Origin: Callorhinchus milii
Taxonomy: Eukaryota
DNA length: 64,000 bases
Reading direction: 5' to 3'
Assembly (NCBI RefSeq): GCF_018977255.1
Contig: NW_024704742.1
Location: 69,380,001 to 69,444,000, forward strand
Shown here piece after piece: positions 58,201 through 64,000 of the stretch. The translations under genes were made by a program, and so were the position numbers. The notes below the pieces were generated by a model. It was not told where the DNA came from. It did not search any database and saw only the letters and a program-made list of their open reading frames with translations. Every line of letters starts with the position of its first letter. The first letter of the stretch is position 1.

Positions 58201-61200
58201 ACACGCTTCTGTTTACCTAGCAGTAAGTAGGAACCTGATTGTTGATTGATTGGCAGATCGCTTTCCAGGGGTAATAAGCCCTTCAAAAAAAATAATAATA
58301 ATTTGATCAATCCACACCTGTTTATGGGACCCCCAGGGATTCAGCTGTAGCTCCAAGTCTTGCCAATGAGCCAGGTTGTCATCAAGTCCCTAACCTCTTT
58401 GGCTGCCACATTTTGCCCACAAAATATAGTCAATTCACTTTACAGTATATTCTGTGAAGCGTTTTGAGATGTCTCAAGAAACTGTTCAAGTGCTATATCA
58501 AATGCAAGGATTACTATTATTAAAAAAAATAATAATTTGGTCACTCAATCCACGACTGCTTGTGGGAGACCCAGTGATTTATTAACAATATTTATTTATT
58601 TATTATTATTCCTACATTCCGAGGTATTCCTGCATTCCAAACCTCTACCATTTTCACACCATCTCTGGATGGATCTTCGGAGACTGCTTGTGACAAACGG
58701 CATTCCACGCGTGCGCAGTCTTAATAACAATGCTGTTATTAATTCATAGTAATAATCCTGCCAATTTAAAAAGGGTTTATAACATCGCAAAATGACTTAG
58801 TAAGTTTCTATAAAGTGTGACTGTGTACTTGTAAGAAGAGATTAACAGCCAATAAGTGCACAGCAAAGACCCACAAACAACCAATTTTAATTTGGGGATT
58901 ATTTTAGGGATTGTTGGCCTGGACACAAGGAGAATCCCTGTTTTCTTTTCAAGTACTACCATGTGACTCCAAAGCAGGTTTGCTTCTAGGAGACAAACAT
59001 CTAAATAGTTCAGCTGGCAGCATCCTTGTCTCTGGGTCAGATCATTGTGGTTTCCAACCCCTAGACGGCTTGAGCTCAGTCTAGGCTGACACTCCAGTGC
59101 AGCATTGTATTGTCGGTGATGCTTGAATGAGACATTATGCTGAATTCCTGTCTATCTGTTTTAGGTGGACATCAAAGATCCTATCTGACATTAGAAGGGA
59201 ATTTCTCTCTCTCAGTGTCCTGGCCAACAATCCCTCAGATAACAACAACAACAAAATTACATTTGTATAGCGCCTTTCACGTTGGGAGGAAGTCCCAAGG
59301 CGTTGGACAGAAAGAGTTACGGACCTGAGCTGAGGTGGGGGAGGGTAGGGGGGTGAAGCAGGGAGAGCGAAAGCAAGGTCGAAGAGGAGGGTCTTGAGGT
59401 GGGTCTTGAAGATAGTGAGGGATAATATATTAAATTCATAGTAATAATCCTGCCAATTTAATAAAGCGTTTATCGCAAAATGATTTACAAAGTTTCTATA
59501 AAGTGTGACTGTGTATTTGTAATACTATTTATATTTATATTTTTCATAAATATATATATTTATAAAGAGATAAATGAGTCATTCACCTCACGGCTATTTA
59601 TGGGACATTGTTGTGCATAAATTTGCTGCTGTGCTTGCCAAGAAATGTTCAGACACCTCACTTGGCAGTGATTCACTGTGAAGCGTTTATAATAATAACA
59701 ATAATAATCCTTAAATTTGATATAACGCCTTATCATGTCTTCGAGACGTCTCAAAGCACTTCACAGAACATACTGCAAAGTGAATTGACTTTATACTTTG
59801 TGGGTGAAATGCAGCAGCCAATTTGGCACAACAATGTCCCACAAACAGTCGTCGATTTAGTGAACACATTATTATTCTTATTTTGAAGGGGTTATTACCC
59901 CCAGAAAAGCAATCCATCAGTCGACTAACAACCGTGTTCCTACTTACTGCTAGGTAAACAGAGACGTGTGGAGTAAGGAAACTTGTCCAACGTTTCACCG
60001 AGAAAATATAGTCAATTGATTTTACAGTGTATCCTCTGAAGCGCTTTGAGGTGTCTCAAGACCCTCCTCTTCGACCATGCCTTCGGTCACCCTTTAACCC
60101 TACCCTCCCCACCTCCTGATCCCAACCACCAGGTTGGGTGTGGATCCTTGACTGTCCAGCGCCTTGGGACGTCCTTCTGACTTGAAAGGTGCTATACAAA
60201 TGTAATTTGTTTTTGTTGTTGTCTGAGCAATGTGATAAGGTGCTATATCAAATGCAAGGATTATTATTATGCATGTATTGCCCTTCGATGACATGTGGGT
60301 AGTGTCTCAGAGCGCTTAGAGCAGGGGAAGGGAGCAATCACAGGTGAGGGTGAAGAGTTACAACAACAAAATTACATTTGTACAGTGTCTTTCACGTCAG
60401 AAGGATGTTTTTTTAGGCAGGTTTAATGACAGAAAAAGAGGGGATGAGAGAGGGGTGGAGGTAGGGAGTTCTAAAGTTAGGTTCTGAGATTGCCAATGAC
60501 TCGGGGCACGGAAGAGGCAACACATACACAACAGGTCCTAGTCTAAAAGATGCCACCACCGTGAAGGGTAGTGTCTATATAAATGCAAGCTGTTATTGAC
60601 TTAGTTAAGAGAAAGAGTCAAGCAGAGCGAGAGAGTGGTAAAGTGTGAGAGGAGAAGATCAGAGAAATAGGGAAATGTTTGAGTGAAGGAAGGGATTTAT
60701 ATGTGAGGGTGAAATCCTTGAAATCGATCCTTTGGGAATGCCAGCAGGGTTAGGAAAGAACAGCCAATGAAATCCCTGGTGTTTGCTTGTTGAGAGGCCC
60801 TTGTTTGTGGTCAACTACAAACTGCGCTAGAAAGTGGTGTTTGAGATGTAGAGTGAATCAGCTCCTGTTCGTTAAATACTGTAAGTGTCTCCTCTCCTGT
60901 GTCTTCTGATAGCACTGCATTCCTGATCCTTCGCAACCTTGTTAATAATAATCCTTGCATCTGATATTGCATTTATAATGTCTCAATGCACTTCATGGAA
61001 TTGCTATTGGTTGAAGCGACTATGTATATTTGTAGTAAAATGGCAGCAACCGATTTGTATAACTTATACAATTATTTAAAAAATAATAATACTTGCATTT
61101 GATATAGTGTCTAAAGCACTTTACAGGATATACTGTAAATTATACTGTAACAGCATGAATGAAATGACCAATTTTATCTGGGAATTTGTTGGCCAGAACC

Positions 61201-62209
61201 CAGGGGAAAACTCCTTTCCATTTTGAAACGGTGTCGTGGGATCTTTAATGTCCACCTGAACAGGCAGGCAGGACCTTGGTTTAACGTCTCATCTGAAGGA
61301 CCGTACCTCTGACAATTCAGGCCCGAGCGTACGCGCAGCACTGTGCTGGATTGGACAGCCTGGAGAAAAGGAGGTCAAGGTTGAAGCAACTGAACCACTA
61401 CAATCTTATTTGGATTTTTTTTTCGTCGTTTGAAAAAAAAAATCTGCGTTATACAGTTCTGCGCATTGTCCGCGCTATTAGCTGGATATAGTGGCCAGAA
61501 TCTAAAGGCACGATTTTAGAGAATGGGGGCAGAGGAATGCTTTTGTTTGTGGGTGGTTTGGACCTGGGGTTGTTAACGGGAGCCGCCTGTCAAACTCTGT
61601 CCCGTCAGGACCCCTGGGACTCATTGACGTCTTGTGATGGATGAATACATGTGTTATAATCCCCACTGTCCGTCTCTCCCGCCTAACTGCCTCTTTGTTC
61701 CTTTTAGCATTTTTCATGGGGTCAACTCCAAGCCAGACCAAGAGTTCCACATATGCACAGAAATACACCACCCCCAATCCCTACCCCACACAACCCTCTC
61801 TCCATCTGTAACTCCCCCTGTAACCACTGCTCCTTCGTAGCACTCTCCCTCTCTCACAACTATCCACAATAACCCTCCCCACAACCCATAACATTCCCTT
61901 CTTTTAACACTGGATGTCTTTCTGATGTGAAGGGCGCTGTACAAGTCTAATTTGTTGCTGCTGTTGTCGTTCACCCACAAATACACAGTCCATCCTCAGT
62001 ATATCATGTGAAGTGCTTTGAGACGTCTCAACAACAGGATAAGGCGCTATATCAAATACAAGGAATATTATTATGAATCCTATGAGGTATTTTGAGACAT
62101 CTTAATGACACGATACACCATTATTTCAAATGCAATGATTATGATCGTCTCCCAGGATCTGTAACGTCCCTCTACAAATTTCTTTCCCTCTCCTTCGCTC
62201 CCGGCCCTG

Positions 62210-64000
62210 ACTGCCCTCTCTCTCAGCCCCCCCACCCCCAGCCTCTCTCTCGCCCACTCTCTCTCTCTCACCCCCTCTGTCCCTCTCTCTCTCTCACCCC
62301 CTCTGTCTCTCTCTCTCACCCCCTCTCTCTCTCTCTCACCCCCTCTGTCCCTCTCTCTCTCACCCCCTCTGTCCCTCTCTCTCTCACCCCTCCCCCTCTG
62401 TCCCCTCTCTCTCTCTTCACCCCCTCTGTCCTCTCTCTCTCACCCCCTCTGTCTCTCTCTCTCTCACACCCTCTGTCCTCTCTCTCTCACACCCTCTGTC
62501 TCTCTCTCTCTCTCACACACCCTCTGTCCTCTCTCTCTCTCACACCCTCTGTCTCTCTCTCTCTCACCCCCTCTGTCCCTCTCTCTCTCCCCCTCTTCTC
62601 TCTCTCACCCCCTCTGTCTCTCTCTCTCACCCCCTCTGTCCCTTTCTCTCTCACCCCCTCTGTCCCTCTCTCTCTCACCCCCTCTGTCTCTCTCTCTCAC
62701 CCCCTCTGTCTCTCTCTCTCTCACCCCCTCTGTCCTCTCTCTCTCTCACCCCCTCTGTCTCTCTCTCTCTCACCCCCTCTGTCTCTCTCTCTCTCACCCC
62801 CTCTGTCTCTCTCTCTCACCCCCTCTGTCGCTCTCTCTCACCCCCTCTGTCTCTCTCTCTCACCCCCTCGCTGTCCCTCTCTCTGACCCTCTCTGTCCCT
62901 CTCTCTGACCCTCTCTGTCCCTCTCTCTGACCCTCTCTGTCCCTCTCTCTGACCCTCTCTGTCCCTCTCTTTCACCCCCTGTCTCTCTCTCTCTCACCCC
63001 CTCTGTCCCTCTCTCTCTCACCCCCTCTGTCTCTCTCTCTCTCACCCCCTCAGTCCCTCTCTCTCTCTCACCCCCTCTGTCCCTCTCTCTCACCTCCTCT
63101 GTCCCTCTCACCCCCTCTGTCTCTCTCACCCCCTCTGTCTCTCGCACCCCCTCTGTCCCTCTCTCTCTCACCCCCTCTGTCCCTCTCTCTCTCACCCCCT
63201 CTGTCTCTCTCACCCCCTCTGTCTCTCTCACCCCCTCTGTCTCTCTCACCCCCTCTGTCTCTCTCACCCCCTCTGTCTCTCTCACCCCCTCTGTCCCTCT
63301 CTCTCAACCCTCTGTCTCTCTCACCCCCTCTGTCTCTCTCACCCCCTCTGTCTCTCTCACCCCCTCTGTCCCTCTCACCCCCTCTGTCCCCTCTCTCTCT
63401 CACCCCTCTGTCTCTCTCACCCCCTCTTCTCTCTCACCCCCTCTGTCTCTCTCACCCCCTCTGTCCCTCTCTCTCTCTCACCCCTCTCTGTCCCTCTCTC
63501 TCACCCCCTCTGTCCCTCTCTCTCTCACCCCCTCTCTGTCTCTCTCACCCCCTCTGTCTCTCTCTCTCTCACCCCCTCTGTTTCTCTCTCTCACCCCCTC
63601 TGTCCCTCTCTCTCACCCCCTCTGTCCCTCTCTCTCAACCCTCTGTCTCTCTCACCCCCTCTGTCTCTCTCACCCCTCTGTCCCCCTCTCTCACCCCCTC
63701 TGTCTCTCTCACCCCCTCTGTCTCTCTCACCCCCTCTGTCTCTCTCACCCCCTCTGTCTCTCTCACCCCCTCTGTCTCTCTCTCTCACCCCCTCTGTCTC
63801 TCTCTCTCTCTCACCCCCTCTGTCTCTCTCTCTCTCTCTCTCACCCCCTCTGTCTCTCTCTCTCTCTCACCCCCTCTGTCGCTCTCTCTCACACTCTCCC
63901 CCTCTGTCGCTCTCTCTCACCCCCTCTGTCTCTCTCTCACCCCCTCTGTCCCCCTCTCTCTCACCCCCTGTCCCTCTCTCTCACCCCTTCTGTCCCTCTC
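62210..64000. repeat. CT-rich minisatellite, unit about (CT)nCACCCCCTCTGT, running off the window end
   Basis: Dozens of 18-26 nt units. Confidence 0.95.

Noticed and set aside
56000..62200. A neighbouring gene upstream of SMYD1 (e.g. KRCC1 or CD8B)
   Set aside because: No recognisable exon; mostly SINE/L2 fragments with short unique patches.
62092..63788. ORFs rich in SLSLTP / ERDRGG
   Set aside because: Translations of the CT minisatellite; not CRISPR-like either, as there are no unique spacers.

Overview
Eukaryotic (vertebrate) genomic DNA, very rich in retroposons. The L2/CR1/DeuSINE-like repeat content suggests a cartilaginous fish, possibly a chimaera (inference). The window holds three complete, tandem, + strand four-exon liver-type fatty-acid-binding protein genes (FABP1-like copies A, B, C; 128, 130 and 136 aa). 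They converge on a complete ten-exon SMYD1 gene on the - strand (493 aa, including the 39-nt alternative exon 5), the same FABP1-SMYD1 neighbourhood seen in tetrapods. All exons were rebuilt by hand with GT-AG boundaries and consistent phases. The paralogues have diverged: copy B has lost the carboxylate-binding Arg122 and uses a new start codon; copy C has a C-terminal extension, pocket substitutions and possibly a new non-coding first exon; an orphan duplicate of the copy-B promoter suggests a lost fourth copy. The rest is L2 and CR1 LINE fragments, tRNA-derived SINEs sharing the L2 3' end, a probable non-autonomous Helitron, a palindromic Penelope-like insert with a 13-bp TSD and a hammerhead-like relic, an unclassified ~250-bp repeat, and simple repeats. 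Most ORF-track entries are repeat-derived or spurious. Repeat boundaries are approximate.
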